From: a virus
Lineage: Duplodnaviria; Caudoviricetes
Virus record (IMG/VR): IMGVR_UViG_2936345690_000002
DNA length: 64,000 nucleotides
Direction: 5' to 3' (one strand)
Part shown: in pieces, positions 1 to 9,539 of the stretch
How the letters are laid out: every line of letters begins with the position of its first letter
Position numbering within the stretch: the stretch's first letter is position 1
Translations under genes and position numbers: made by a program
Notes under the pieces: model-generated
What the model was told of the DNA's origin: nothing
Seen by the model: only the letters and a program-made list of their open reading frames with translations
Database searches by the model: none

Positions 1-145
1 CTGTGGTGGCAAACGCCGAAGAATCCTGCGTTGCGGCGGAGCCTACGGCCACGCGGCGGTTCTCGCCACCCCGTGCCACGGGGATCATGTCGCCGGTTTG
101 TACCGTTCCGCCGTTGGTCAGTGCGCTGATTTTGGTATCTGCCAT
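1..145 (-). CDS. N-terminus of a putative tail/neck fibre protein (runs off window)
   Basis: ATG at 145, directly after the stop at 146. Translates MADTKISALTNGGTVQTGDMIPVARGGENRRV, a phage fibre-like N-terminus. Not in the ORF track. Confidence 0.55.
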   Translation of the reverse strand, partial: MADTKISALTNGGTVQTGDMIPVARGGENRRVAVGSAATQDSSAFATT

Positions 146-634
146 TTACGCTTCCATGAGTAGGTTGTCTCCGGTTTCGAGGAGCAGGCCGTAGCCGCTC
201 TCAAGGAGGAATTCCGAGCCGGGGAATTCTTGCTCCTGCACAATCGCGCGGAACCGCATCACGCCGTGGTAGTACCTGTCCGGCTCCGCTTCGTCCCCCG
301 TATCGGGGAGGAGCTGGTTGAACTCGCAGGTGATCTCGGTGAGGTCGTAGCCTTCCACGTCCACCGCGTTTTCCTGCCGGTCTAATGCCCGGTAGACGCT
401 TTGCATCAGGTCGGCGCATGCCTTGTCGCCGCTGCCCTGCGTCCATGCATGGAGCGTCACGGTGATTTCCTGCCCGTCGCCGGTCTTGGTGCGGAACGGG
501 ATGGATGTTTTCTCGCCGATCACCACATACGGGAAGGCTGAAGCCTGCGGGATATGGCTGTAGACGTTCGATCCGATGCGGATAACCAATCGGTCGTAGA
601 TGCCCTTGTGCAGTGCGTTGACGGCAAGGGTCAT
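146..634 (-). CDS. Tail terminator / tail completion protein (DUF3168-like)
   Basis: FPYVVIG, LHAW and YHGVMRFRA motifs; follows gp10. Confidence 0.8.
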   Translation of the reverse strand: MTLAVNALHKGIYDRLVIRIGSNVYSHIPQASAFPYVVIGEKTSIPFRTKTGDGQEITVTLHAWTQGSGDKACADLMQSVYRALDRQENAVDVEGYDLTEITCEFNQLLPDTGDEAEPDRYYHGVMRFRAIVQEQEFPGSEFLLESGYGLLLETGDNLLMEA

Positions 635-1227
635 ATACCCGCACCATCGGTGTTCTGGCTGCCTTGTCCGATACCGTCATTCACGGCCTTGGCGATGCGT
701 TCCAGGATGAATGGCTTGCTCTTCTCCAATGCGGTAAACATGAACGGTCGCGGCGCGATCTTGTGCGTGCCGAACTCCAGCATCTTGGCATATTTCGCGG
801 AAGCGCTGACCGTGGCAATCAGTTCGTTGTTTTCCTTCTTCACGCTGGAATCGACCTGGATGCTGTTGGTCAGATTGCCGGTATCGGATGCCGGCGCTTC
901 GCCGGGCGCGGAGGCGGTGTGCGCCTTACTGCGCTTGACGAATCCGACCGACCTGCCGTTGATCGTGAACCACGCGGTGGGTTCTTCCCCATCCACGGCG
1001 GGGCGCATGTCGTAGGTCTTGCCGGACTTGCCGCCCTGCTGGATGGATTTCTTCGCCTCGGTCGCAACCCGTTGGGCGGCAACGTACAGGGCTTTCTTGA
1101 CCTGCTTATCGACGGCTTTCTGTACGAGTTCGGTCGCCTTGCGAAGGTTATCCAAGCCGTCAATTTCGACCTTGAATCCGAGGGATGAGCGGTCTGTCCC
1201 TGAAAACGTGCCTCCCTCAGTCGCCAT
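631..1227 (-). CDS. HK97 gp10-family morphogenesis protein
   Basis: ASAPGEAPASDTGNL, YAKMLEFGT and PRPFM motifs. Confidence 0.85.
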   Translation of the reverse strand: MATEGGTFSGTDRSSLGFKVEIDGLDNLRKATELVQKAVDKQVKKALYVAAQRVATEAKKSIQQGGKSGKTYDMRPAVDGEEPTAWFTINGRSVGFVKRSKAHTASAPGEAPASDTGNLTNSIQVDSSVKKENNELIATVSASAKYAKMLEFGTHKIAPRPFMFTALEKSKPFILERIAKAVNDGIGQGSQNTDGAGI

Positions 1228-1384
1228 GCTCTCGTACCAGTCCTTTGCGTTTCATTTCCGCCAGTCCGATATCCATGAGCGCGGCGATAACTCTTCCATT
1301 GTGCCGTTGCGGGGTTTTCTCCTTGCTGGGCTGGCTCTTCGCGGCAAGCCGCTCCAGTCCGTCGATCTTGACGCTGATTTCCAT
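1217..1384 (-). CDS. Small hypothetical protein (55 aa, MEISVKIDGLERL...)
   Basis: TAATG coupling to the upstream gene; N-terminus resembles that of gp10. Confidence 0.5.
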   Translation of the reverse strand: MEISVKIDGLERLAAKSQPSKEKTPQRHNGRVIAALMDIGLAEMKRKGLVREHGD

Positions 1385-2016
1385 TACGGGATGATCAGCT
1401 CGACCATGTGGCGCAGGAGCGTCATCTCCTCGCCCGCGCCCGCGCTCTGCAACTGGCCGGTGATGACCAGCGTGGTATCCGCCGAGGTGTCGATGGCTCC
1501 GGTGACGCCCGCCCCGGAGGACTGACCGTAACCGGCCGACCCGGCACTCATGCCGAACTGGCTGTTCTGCGCGTTGCGGTTGGTGATGATGGCCGTTGCC
1601 TGCTGGGAAATCAGCGTGGTGCTGCCCGCCTGCAGGAATACCGTGCCTGACGCCCCGCCCAGGCGAATGCGGAGGGTTTTGCTGTTCGCCGAGTTGTTGC
1701 CCGAGTTGGTGCAGGTGATCTGGAGGGAGCCGTTGGCGGTCATGAGGCCGCCGGGCACATTGACCGTCACGAAGGTGGTTTCGGTAGTCGTGCCGCTGAG
1801 CGTGGCCGAGGCGACGGCAGATGATGCGAGGAAGCAGCGACCGAGCGGCTTCCACACCGAGCCGTTGGAGATGAACAGGGTGCCCCCGCCGATATCGGAG
1901 AAGTAATAGATTTTGTCCGTGGCCGCCGATGCCGCAGGGCGGTTGGCGAAAGTCGTGGAGGTAATGGCCATGTCGTTCAATCCATAAGCGTTGAGGAGGG
2001 TGAGCAGGCGGCTCAT
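1384..2016 (-). CDS. Putative virion structural protein (210 aa)
   Basis: TGATG-coupled start at MSRLLTLL; Thr/Gly/Ala-rich beta-type composition; lies in the structural operon. Confidence 0.6.
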   Translation of the reverse strand: MSRLLTLLNAYGLNDMAITSTTFANRPAASAATDKIYYFSDIGGGTLFISNGSVWKPLGRCFLASSAVASATLSGTTTETTFVTVNVPGGLMTANGSLQITCTNSGNNSANSKTLRIRLGGASGTVFLQAGSTTLISQQATAIITNRNAQNSQFGMSAGSAGYGQSSGAGVTGAIDTSADTTLVITGQLQSAGAGEEMTLLRHMVELIIP

Positions 2017-2366
2017 CAGAGGGGCCGGGTGGCGAGGGTGATGGCGGTATCCCCGGTCTGCGTGCCGGTCACCAGCTTGATGAAGCGAAGTCCTGCGACA
2101 ACGGGCAGGTTCTCGACCGGGCAGTATTTGCTCGCCGCCGTGGTGAGCGTGAAATCCACGCCGCCGCTTTGCACGGTGACGAAGGTTCCGCCCGAAGCGG
2201 GGGCAGCCTTGATCTGCACGGTGCTGCCGTCGAAGGTGGAAGGCATGAACAGACCGATCAAATCGGTGCCGTTCAGGTCGATCTCGTTGCTTTCGGTCGC
2301 GCCGTTGGCGATGGTCGCCGTCAGGTTGTAGCTGTCGTTGGGCTGGTACTGGTGGCTCTCGGGCAT
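2016..2366 (-). CDS. Putative virion structural protein (116 aa)
   Basis: Coupled ORF in the late operon. Confidence 0.6.
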   Translation of the reverse strand: MPESHQYQPNDSYNLTATIANGATESNEIDLNGTDLIGLFMPSTFDGSTVQIKAAPASGGTFVTVQSGGVDFTLTTAASKYCPVENLPVVAGLRFIKLVTGTQTGDTAITLATRPL

Positions 2367-2635
2367 TAGCGGCTCCTGATGCGGATGGTGAGTGTCTGGT
2401 CTTGCTCCCGCCCTGCGGCGGTGATGATGTGGTTGACAAGCGCATATTCCGCGCCGAGCGTACCGCCGGAAAGCCAGATCGTGGCAGTGGTCTGGGTGGA
2501 CGATTCGTTTTCGACCGTGATCCCGGCGGGTGCCGTCCAGGTGCTGGTGGCGATCGTGTCTCCGTCAAGCCAATCCTCCCACTCGATGACGTAATCCTTC
2601 AGCGCCTGCGGGTCTTTGATCTTGATGTTGCTCAT
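2366..2635 (-). CDS. Phage fibre-adaptor-like protein (89 aa)
   Basis: KDP..LKDY.IEW.DWL and TIWLSGG motifs typical of small phage adaptor proteins. Confidence 0.6.
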   Translation of the reverse strand: MSNIKIKDPQALKDYVIEWEDWLDGDTIATSTWTAPAGITVENESSTQTTATIWLSGGTLGAEYALVNHIITAAGREQDQTLTIRIRSR

Positions 2636-4761
2636 GCTGCTCTCACGGCTTTCAGTTCAGGGGGCACGCGATACGTGCGGTCTTCCGCCTTCACGCGGTA
2701 GGTTCTGTCATCGGCGGGCACGCGGTAGGTGCGATCCGGCGGCGTCGAGCCGGGATCGGCGGAGGAGAATTCGCTCCCGGCGGTCAGCAGTTCGCTCCGC
2801 GATGCATTCATGGCGCTGAAGGCGGTCAAGCCATCGGTGGCCGTCAGGGCTTCCGCGAAGGCATGGCCATAGGCCAGCGAGGCAGTGGCGCTGTCGGTTG
2901 CGGCGATGTCCTCTGCGTAGCTCGCCGCCTGCGTCTGAAGAGTGGCGAGGAAATCCTCGGCGGCGGCGGTATCGTCGTAGGCGGCCGCCATCGTCTGGGC
3001 GGCCTCCATCCAGTCTTCGGCCAAGGCCGATTCTTCCATGTCGAGGAAGAGGGTCACGGTATCGGTCAGGCTTTCGGCTGCGGCCGAGTTTTCGTCGTAA
3101 GCCGCTTCTTGCGTGGCGATTACGGACTGGGCATCGCTCGCGGTGGCGGCTTCGCTCACGAACACGTCGTAGGTCTGCGGCCCCACAATCACGTTGCCAT
3201 CGTAATTGTCATTCGCCGCGAGTGGTTCGTCGTAAGGCGGAACCAGCGTGGCGGTTGTAGCAAGCGACTCTGCGGCGGCGGCATCCTCGCTGATCGCTGC
3301 GTCCATCGCGTGCGCAGCGGCGTAACTTTCGGTGCTGGTTAGACTTTCGCTCAAAGACGGGTCGAAACTTACGGTGCCGTCGATTCCATCCTCTGCCGAA
3401 GCGGATTCGCTGAAGGCTGGGATGAGTGTGGCATCCACCGCCAGGGGAACGTCCGGCAACACCTCTTCGAGGATGGCCGTATTGGCCATCAGGGAGACCG
3501 CTACGGCATCGTCTGCGGCAATGTCCCCTGATAGCTCCTCTTCGAGTAACAGCCCGCCAAACAGGCTCTCCGTGGCCGTCACGGCTTCGCTCAAGGCTGC
3601 ATCGGCGATTGCCGTGGCGGCCAGACTCTCCCCGGCGGCCGCGGATTCGGCTCGCGTGGTGTTGGCGGTCAGCGCCGGGCTAGTGGATTCTGCGGCGGTA
3701 AGGGCTTCGGAGAAAGTGTCGTCGTAGGTCGAGCCGGAAGAGGCGGTGAATTCCGCCACCTGCCAGCCGGGCGTGGAGGCGACCGTTCCGGCATTTCCCT
3801 TCCGCGCGGTGACCGTCGTTCCGTTGGTCAGCTCCGCCGAGGCGAGAATCTGGTAGGTGCTGCTCCCTGTCGTCGAATAGCCGAGGAACGATAGCGCCGA
3901 TTTGGTCGTATCCACGCCCGTAATCGCGCTGGCGGCCGAGGTCGCGGAGGTAACCGCCGTTGTCCCCTGCTGGCGGCTGGCCAGCACGCCGGGGACAAAC
4001 TCGATCACGGTATAGTTGACCGTGCGCGACGACGAAGATGTGCCCGCGCGCGTCAGCGTGACGGAGGTGCTGCTGGCGAGCTGGAGATGGTAGGAAAATC
4101 CGTTCCATGTGCTCGTCGTCGTGCTCACCCCGCCCCAGATCAGGAGAGTATTGGCGGTATTGACGCTCGAAATCGTGTCCGTGCTGCTAGTGGTGTTCAC
4201 CGCGAGCGTCACCGAGCGTTTCTGCACGCTCTGTATCACGGACGGCTGGAATTCCACCACGCAGTAGGCCGCCGTGACCGTGTTGACCCCGGCGCTTCCG
4301 CGTGTGGCCGTGACCGTCGTGCCGTTCGTCAGCTCAAGTCGCGGGAAGGTGTTGGTCGGTGCCGTGCCGGTGCTGGAGTTGCTGCTGCCGAGGAAGAACA
4401 CCGCCGAACGGCTGGTATCCACCGAGGCAATCGTGGCCGTGTTGCTCGCAACGCCGGAGGCGAGGGTGATCGTCCCCTGCTGCACGGAAGCCACCAGCGC
4501 GCTGGAGAATTCCACGACCTGACCCCGGACGATGCAGTTGGTGCCGGTGCCGCCGCGCGTGGCGGTGACGGTGGTGCTGTTCGTCAGCTCGGCGCGGGCG
4601 ATGACGTTGTTCATCAGCCCGCCGGAATCGGTGCTCGTGCTCCCGCCGAAGAAGATGACGGACCTGGCCGTATCGACGGCGGCTATCGTGTCAGTGCCCG
4701 TGGCCGCGCCGCTGCCGAGCGTTATCTCGAACGGCTGGGATGACGCGATATAGGAGGCCAT
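2632..4761 (-). CDS. Repeat-rich fibre/whisker-like virion protein (709 aa)
   Basis: About four ~83-aa N-terminal repeats, an acidic Ala-rich periodic shaft, and C-terminal DRTYRV x3. Confidence 0.65.
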   Translation of the reverse strand: MASYIASSQPFEITLGSGAATGTDTIAAVDTARSVIFFGGSTSTDSGGLMNNVIARAELTNSTTVTATRGGTGTNCIVRGQVVEFSSALVASVQQGTITLASGVASNTATIASVDTSRSAVFFLGSSNSSTGTAPTNTFPRLELTNGTTVTATRGSAGVNTVTAAYCVVEFQPSVIQSVQKRSVTLAVNTTSSTDTISSVNTANTLLIWGGVSTTTSTWNGFSYHLQLASSTSVTLTRAGTSSSSRTVNYTVIEFVPGVLASRQQGTTAVTSATSAASAITGVDTTKSALSFLGYSTTGSSTYQILASAELTNGTTVTARKGNAGTVASTPGWQVAEFTASSGSTYDDTFSEALTAAESTSPALTANTTRAESAAAGESLAATAIADAALSEAVTATESLFGGLLLEEELSGDIAADDAVAVSLMANTAILEEVLPDVPLAVDATLIPAFSESASAEDGIDGTVSFDPSLSESLTSTESYAAAHAMDAAISEDAAAAESLATTATLVPPYDEPLAANDNYDGNVIVGPQTYDVFVSEAATASDAQSVIATQEAAYDENSAAAESLTDTVTLFLDMEESALAEDWMEAAQTMAAAYDDTAAAEDFLATLQTQAASYAEDIAATDSATASLAYGHAFAEALTATDGLTAFSAMNASRSELLTAGSEFSSADPGSTPPDRTYRVPADDRTYRVKAEDRTYRVPPELKAVRAA

Positions 4762-4773
4762 CGAAGGCCCCGC

Positions 4774-5310
4774 TTAGCTCACGCTGACGGTCGGAGTGAC
4801 GTTCAGCGTATCGCCATTTGCCACGGAGCGGGATACGGCGAAATCCCCTGCGCTATAAAGAACGCCGGAGGTGCCGGTATTGGCCGAGGCGATAAACGCG
4901 CCCGCGACCGTCGCGGTGCCGGTGATGGAGAAGGACACGGCGGTGGCGGTGTTGGAGCCGTTGGTCGTGGTGCCGAACGTAATCGCCGGGCGGTTGCCGG
5001 AATAGGGCGTGACTTCCGACCACCCGCCATGCGAGGAGAGCGTGTCGGCGGCGGCTGCGGAGCCTGTCCCCTTAAGCCCCAGATACCACGCGGCGGTATA
5101 GGCGGAGCCTTTAAAGTATTTATCCACGAGGTCGGTCTTGCCCGCGGTGGTCACCACGTTGGTGAAGCTGTCTTCCCACTTGAGGTTGCCGTCGGCGTCG
5201 AAGCACTCGAACTTGTAGGTGTATTTGGGGGCGTCCAGGCCGCTTTCAAAGCCGGGGTTCATCACCGCGCCCGCGTTTACGGAATCGCTGACGTTGGAGT
5301 TCTCATTCAT
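4774..5310 (-). CDS. Phage tail/fibre-associated structural protein
   Basis: NVVTTAGK, WYLGL, LYSAGDF...GDTLNVT pattern. Confidence 0.6.
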   Translation of the reverse strand: MNENSNVSDSVNAGAVMNPGFESGLDAPKYTYKFECFDADGNLKWEDSFTNVVTTAGKTDLVDKYFKGSAYTAAWYLGLKGTGSAAAADTLSSHGGWSEVTPYSGNRPAITFGTTTNGSNTATAVSFSITGTATVAGAFIASANTGTSGVLYSAGDFAVSRSVANGDTLNVTPTVSVS

Positions 5311-5319
5311 CTGTCCTCG

Positions 5320-5658
5320 CTAACTGACTGGGTTTTTCTCGACGCAGAGCAGCCGCAGGAACCGGCCCTCCTCGTTCTCGTTGATGACTTCCTTGATGTG
5401 CAGCACGCGCTCGCCGTAGAGCAGGCGCATGGCGTTGGTGACGCCGGCGCGGTAGCGGATCATCACCTTGTGGGTGAGGGGCGTTTGCAGCTGCATCGCC
5501 TGCATCCGCTCGTAGCCCTTCATCGGCATGATCTCCGCCCAGGTGCTGGCGACGTTGCCCCAGCTGTCGGTGAAGCCGCCCTGGCCGTCCTCGGTCTGGG
5601 TCAGGCTCTGGAGCGTCACCCGCTTGTTCATGCGGGACATCGCGTTGGTGCAGTTCAC
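5320..5658 (-). CDS. Head closure (SPP1 gp16-like head-tail adaptor)
   Basis: RVTLQ..TEDGQGG..W...WAEI, THKVMIRYR; GTGA overlap start. Confidence 0.85.
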   Translation of the reverse strand: MNCTNAMSRMNKRVTLQSLTQTEDGQGGFTDSWGNVASTWAEIMPMKGYERMQAMQLQTPLTHKVMIRYRAGVTNAMRLLYGERVLHIKEVINENEEGRFLRLLCVEKNPVS

Positions 5659-6299
5659 AGGCACTCGACGCGGTACTGGCGGAGCAGCTGCTGGGCTGCG
5701 GGCGGCACGTCGCAACCGCATTGGCCGCGCGTTTCGTACAGGCTCGCCGCGTGCATCTGGATGGCCATGCGGATCGCGGGCGGCACGTCAGATGCGGCAT
5801 CGCCATAGCCGTTGATGGTCACAATCGCCACGGCGGCGACGGAGCGGAGATTGGTCGGCCAGGTCGCTGTTTCGGCCAGCACGATCCGGTTACCCGCCGT
5901 GTCGGCGGTATAATTCGAGGGGTCGAACGTGCTGGCGGTATTGGCTGTATCGTAGGTGGTGACGCTGGTGATGCTTTGCACCGGCGCGCGGGGCAGCTCG
6001 ATTTCGTCGGGCAGCTCGCCGTAGAGGGCGGTGACCGGCAGGTCATAGACGCCTTCGGGCAGGTCATAGACCATACCGCAGCGGTTCAAATCGAGCGAGA
6101 GTTTCCAGCTCTGTGTGATGAACGCCCGGCGGGTGTATTCCTCCGCAGCCTGGCGCGCCACGGTGATGAAGCTGTCGATCAGGGCTTCTTCCGCGCTCGC
6201 GGCGTCGTCGTCCAGCCGCGCGAACGCGGCAAGCTCGCTCACCGTTACCGGCTCGATGGCCGGGGCGGTGATGAGCGTCAGGTGGCGCCGGGCGGACAC
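5655..6299 (-). CDS. Head-tail connector (gp6 / phiE125 gp8-like)
   Basis: PAIEPVTVSEL, AEEYTRRAFITQ, VPPAIRMAI...ASLYETR. Confidence 0.85.
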   Translation of the reverse strand: MSARRHLTLITAPAIEPVTVSELAAFARLDDDAASAEEALIDSFITVARQAAEEYTRRAFITQSWKLSLDLNRCGMVYDLPEGVYDLPVTALYGELPDEIELPRAPVQSITSVTTYDTANTASTFDPSNYTADTAGNRIVLAETATWPTNLRSVAAVAIVTINGYGDAASDVPPAIRMAIQMHAASLYETRGQCGCDVPPAAQQLLRQYRVECL

Positions 6300-6301
6300 G
6301 G

Positions 6302-6625
6302 TTATTTCTTACCCTTGTTGGCGGGTGCGCGCTGGATGGCCTTGTTCTCGGGCGCGAAGTCCAGGGATTTGGTTTGCTCGATCTCGATGGGATCGCCCGG
6401 TACGGCCGTTGCGCCTTCCGGCAGTTCGTCTTCCTGGAGCTTTTCTCCTTCGGCCAGCGTGCGCGGCTGGAGTTCGGTCACCAGCTCCACCGCCCCAAGC
6501 TCCACGAAGCAGCGAAGCAGCGTTTCACCGAGCGGGTATTGGTTGCCCGCCTCATAGGTGCGGGGGTAGATGTCGCCCTCGTCCACGCCGAGCATGGTCT
6601 TCAGCATCGTCACGGTTTGCTTCAT
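6302..6625 (-). CDS. Hypothetical phage protein (107 aa)
   Basis: ORF between capsid cement and connector; APENKA tail. Confidence 0.65.
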   Translation of the reverse strand: MKQTVTMLKTMLGVDEGDIYPRTYEAGNQYPLGETLLRCFVELGAVELVTELQPRTLAEGEKLQEDELPEGATAVPGDPIEIEQTKSLDFAPENKAIQRAPANKGKK

Positions 6626-6635
6626 AAGAATCCCG

Positions 6636-6665
6636 AAAAATGTGAGGGAGCCGGAGCCCCCTCAC
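6636..6665 (-). terminator. Rho-independent terminator after the capsid/cement genes
   Basis: Minus strand GTGAGGGGGC-TCCG-GCTCCCTCAC followed by ATTTTT. Confidence 0.65.
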
Positions 6666-6680
6666 TCAGTTGGCAATGGC

Positions 6681-7130
6681 TTAGGTGTAGGCGTTCACCG
6701 GAGCCTGGCGGTTGCGGCCGCGCAGGCCGAGCACGCCAACGGGCGTTCCGGTCGAGTGGGTGCCAGTAACGTTGAACACGCCGCGGATGTAGCGCTTGCT
6801 GCCTTTGTAGCCGACCGCGAAGACGTTGGAATCCTCGGCGGGGGCATCGATCACAGCCACCGTGCCCGGGTTGGTGCCGGTGACATAGTTGGTCAGGTCG
6901 GCATTGGCCACGTCCGTCCAGTTGGTGTTGTCGTCGGACTCTTCGACTTCGAGCTCGATATAGACCGAGCCGGAGAGCGTATCGGCGGAATTGCCGACAT
7001 CGAACAGCAGCACCGCGTCGTCGCAATCCTGCAAATCCAGGCCGGTGGAGTTGGCATCCGCCGTGCGAACGGCAGGAATCAACAGGGAGATGAACCCCGT
7101 GTTGGCGTAGAGGGAAGTGTGGTTCGGCAT
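6681..7130 (-). CDS. Capsid decoration/cement-like protein
   Basis: Follows major capsid; GLDLQD, EESDD..W.DVA, YKGSKRYIR. Confidence 0.6.
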   Translation of the reverse strand: MPNHTSLYANTGFISLLIPAVRTADANSTGLDLQDCDDAVLLFDVGNSADTLSGSVYIELEVEESDDNTNWTDVANADLTNYVTGTNPGTVAVIDAPAEDSNVFAVGYKGSKRYIRGVFNVTGTHSTGTPVGVLGLRGRNRQAPVNAYT

Positions 7131-7213
7131 AAGGAATCCTTTCCTTGGTGTTCAGGTGGGAGCGGGTTGCCCCGCCCCCGGTTAGTCACTCACTGTTACT
7201 GGGCTTCAGCAGG

Positions 7214-8515
7214 TTAATTGCTGAGTTTCAGCAGCTTGTAAGCCTCAAAATTGATCACAGCCCCGCCGACACGTTTGGTCGTGTAGAACGAGATGTACGG
7301 CTTGTCCGTGAACGGATCGCGCAGCACGCGGATGCCCATGCGGTCGACGATCTGGTAGGCGCGCTTGAAGTCGCCGTAGGCCACGCTGAGCGAGGCGGAA
7401 GCCGCAACCGGCATGTCGTCGGCGAAGTAAATCTTCTTTCCGAGCACCATGGTTTCCAGCCCGGCGTTCTTGTCGAGCGTCAGGTTGAAATACAGTCGGT
7501 TTTCCGCGTCCTTCAGCTTCATGATCGCGCCCCAGGAGGAACGCTTCATCAGGAACACCGCGCCCGCCTGGTACGGCTCTTTCAGGCCGTTCTGCAGGGA
7601 GATCAGCCCGTCGATGGTGAACGCGCCGGCGGAACCGGAGACGATCTGTTCCACCTGCTGGGCGCCGATATCGGTGCCTGCGGTGTAGCTCAGGATGCCC
7701 TTGGGCTTCAGCACGCCGGTGCCGGAGATGAACGCGGTTGCCTCATCGCGGGCGAATTTGTCGACCACCTTGCTGCCGAGCCACGACTCCATGTCGATGC
7801 CCGCGTCGTCCAGGATCTTCTGGGTCGCCTTCGGGTTGGCGTAGAGCTCGTTGACCGGGATGGTCAGCTTGCCCAGCTGCGGGGTGCTGGTCGTGGAACG
7901 CGATCCGGTTTCGCCCACCCAGCCGGAGCCTGCCTCGTCGTTGTCGAGGATAACTTCATAGCTGTCGGTGCCGATGGTGATCACGCTCGCCAGCTGGCGC
8001 ATCGGCGAGGATTCCCACACCTTCGTCTGGATGATCCCGCCGAGTTCCGGCATCACCACGAAGCCGCCGCTCGGGTCGGCGTTGACCGACAGGGCTTTGA
8101 GTTCTGGGTTGGCATCGGCCTTCTGGGCGATGAAATCGGCGAAGTCTTCGCGGTTCGCGCTCTTGGTGCGGGTGAACTGGTTGAACAGCGTGTTGGCCTG
8201 GGCTTTGGCTTCCTTGGATTTGTCCTCGGAGGTGCCGGGCGCGGGCAGGCGGTTGAACGCCGTTTTCAGGTCGCTCAGTTCCTTATCGTGCTCGACCTGC
8301 TTGGCTTCCAGCGCCTTGTTCTGGTCTTCCAGGGCTTTGGTGCGAGCCGCCTCTTTCTGGCTCTGCTCCAGCGCTTTGCCGATGTCGGTCTGGATGGCAT
8401 TGAACTTCGCTTCGTCGAACGCGTCGAGCTTGCCGAGCTTCGGTGCCAGGTCGGTTTTGAAGGCTTCGAACGCGTTCAGCGCATTCTTGACTTCGGTGGT
8501 TACATCATTGGTCAT
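7214..8515 (-). CDS. HK97-family major capsid protein
   Basis: GGFVVMPE, SPMRQLA, WVGE, ELYANPKATQKILDD, GDFKRAYQIVDR, KRVGG. Confidence 0.95.
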   Translation of the reverse strand: MTNDVTTEVKNALNAFEAFKTDLAPKLGKLDAFDEAKFNAIQTDIGKALEQSQKEAARTKALEDQNKALEAKQVEHDKELSDLKTAFNRLPAPGTSEDKSKEAKAQANTLFNQFTRTKSANREDFADFIAQKADANPELKALSVNADPSGGFVVMPELGGIIQTKVWESSPMRQLASVITIGTDSYEVILDNDEAGSGWVGETGSRSTTSTPQLGKLTIPVNELYANPKATQKILDDAGIDMESWLGSKVVDKFARDEATAFISGTGVLKPKGILSYTAGTDIGAQQVEQIVSGSAGAFTIDGLISLQNGLKEPYQAGAVFLMKRSSWGAIMKLKDAENRLYFNLTLDKNAGLETMVLGKKIYFADDMPVAASASLSVAYGDFKRAYQIVDRMGIRVLRDPFTDKPYISFYTTKRVGGAVINFEAYKLLKLSN

Positions 8516-8523
8516 AGGTCCTC

Positions 8524-9162
8524 TTACAGGGTGAGTTGTTGGGTAAAGCGGCCGAATAGCTCGGCCAGTTCCTTGTGCTCTTCCTCCTCAGCCTCCCGCT
8601 CAGGGTTCAGCGCCTTGAAGCCGCGCAGCGCGATGGTGGTCGCGTCGTCGCGGCTGTATCCTCCTGCCTCCCGCAGGAAATCCTCGAACTGCCGGATGGT
8701 TTCCGGCTTGCTCTTCACTCGTGTGATGTTCGCTTTCTCGTTGGCCGGGAAGGTCACCAGCGACACTTCCCACAGCTCCAGGTCGAGCAGCTTGCGGGTG
8801 CCGTTGGCCTGGTCGACTTCGTATTTCTTGGTCGAATAGCCGATGGACAGGCCCTTCATCGCCTTCATCTTCGCCAGCTGGTAGGCTTCCTCGCCGAGCG
8901 GCGTGTTCGCGAACGTGCCTTCCAGGTAGAGCCCGCGCGTTCGCTCCTCGTAGACGTCCCAGACGCCGGGGATCATGTCGCTGCGGTGCTGCCAGAGCAT
9001 GGCCGGCTGGCGGTCTTTCATGCTGCGCAGGAATGCACCCGGCATGACGATGTCGCCGTAGCTGTCGGTGTTGCCGAACACGGAGCCGTAGCCGCATACT
9101 TTCCGGCTGCTGTCGTCGGCCTTCAGCTCGATCAGCTCGAAGCTTTTGAATTCACGTTCCAT
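8524..9162 (-). CDS. HK97 prohead protease
   Basis: GYGSVFG, MLWQH, GLSIGY, LWEVSLVTFPAN. Confidence 0.95.
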   Translation of the reverse strand: MEREFKSFELIELKADDSSRKVCGYGSVFGNTDSYGDIVMPGAFLRSMKDRQPAMLWQHRSDMIPGVWDVYEERTRGLYLEGTFANTPLGEEAYQLAKMKAMKGLSIGYSTKKYEVDQANGTRKLLDLELWEVSLVTFPANEKANITRVKSKPETIRQFEDFLREAGGYSRDDATTIALRGFKALNPEREAEEEEHKELAELFGRFTQQLTL

Positions 9163-9187
9163 GGATAGTCCCCTGTCTGTGGGCAAT

Positions 9188-9211
9188 AAAAAACCCCGCC
9201 GGAGCGGGGTT
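9188..9211 (-). terminator. Rho-independent terminator
   Basis: AACCCCGC-TCCG-GCGGGGTT running into a T tract on the minus strand. Confidence 0.75.
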
Positions 9212-9215
9212 ATGA

Positions 9216-9539
9216 TTAGAAAGTGGCTATCGGCTCCTCAGCGGACTGGGATTTACGCTCCCGTGCTTTTAGAATCGATTCGATCACTTCTGGATGCGAT
9301 GCGCCGAACGCGATATCGATCTCACCATCCGCGCTTTTGCTGAAATTGCATACGACGGGGTGGACAAGGCCTTCCGGCTCCTGCTCCGGTAGCGTCTCGT
9401 GGTCCGTCACCTGCACGGTAATCGTGTTCTGGATCAGGTCTTCCCACGTGATAGCAACCTTTTCTACCTTACATTTCCCGCCAAACACTGCTTCAAGCAG
9501 TGGTACGGAAATGCGTAGAATTCCAGCCCTCTTTGTCAT
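9216..9539 (-). CDS. Hypothetical protein (moron-like insertion)
   Basis: ATGA-coupled ORF, visibly more AT-rich than its neighbours. Confidence 0.55.
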   Translation of the reverse strand: MTKRAGILRISVPLLEAVFGGKCKVEKVAITWEDLIQNTITVQVTDHETLPEQEPEGLVHPVVCNFSKSADGEIDIAFGASHPEVIESILKARERKSQSAEEPIATF

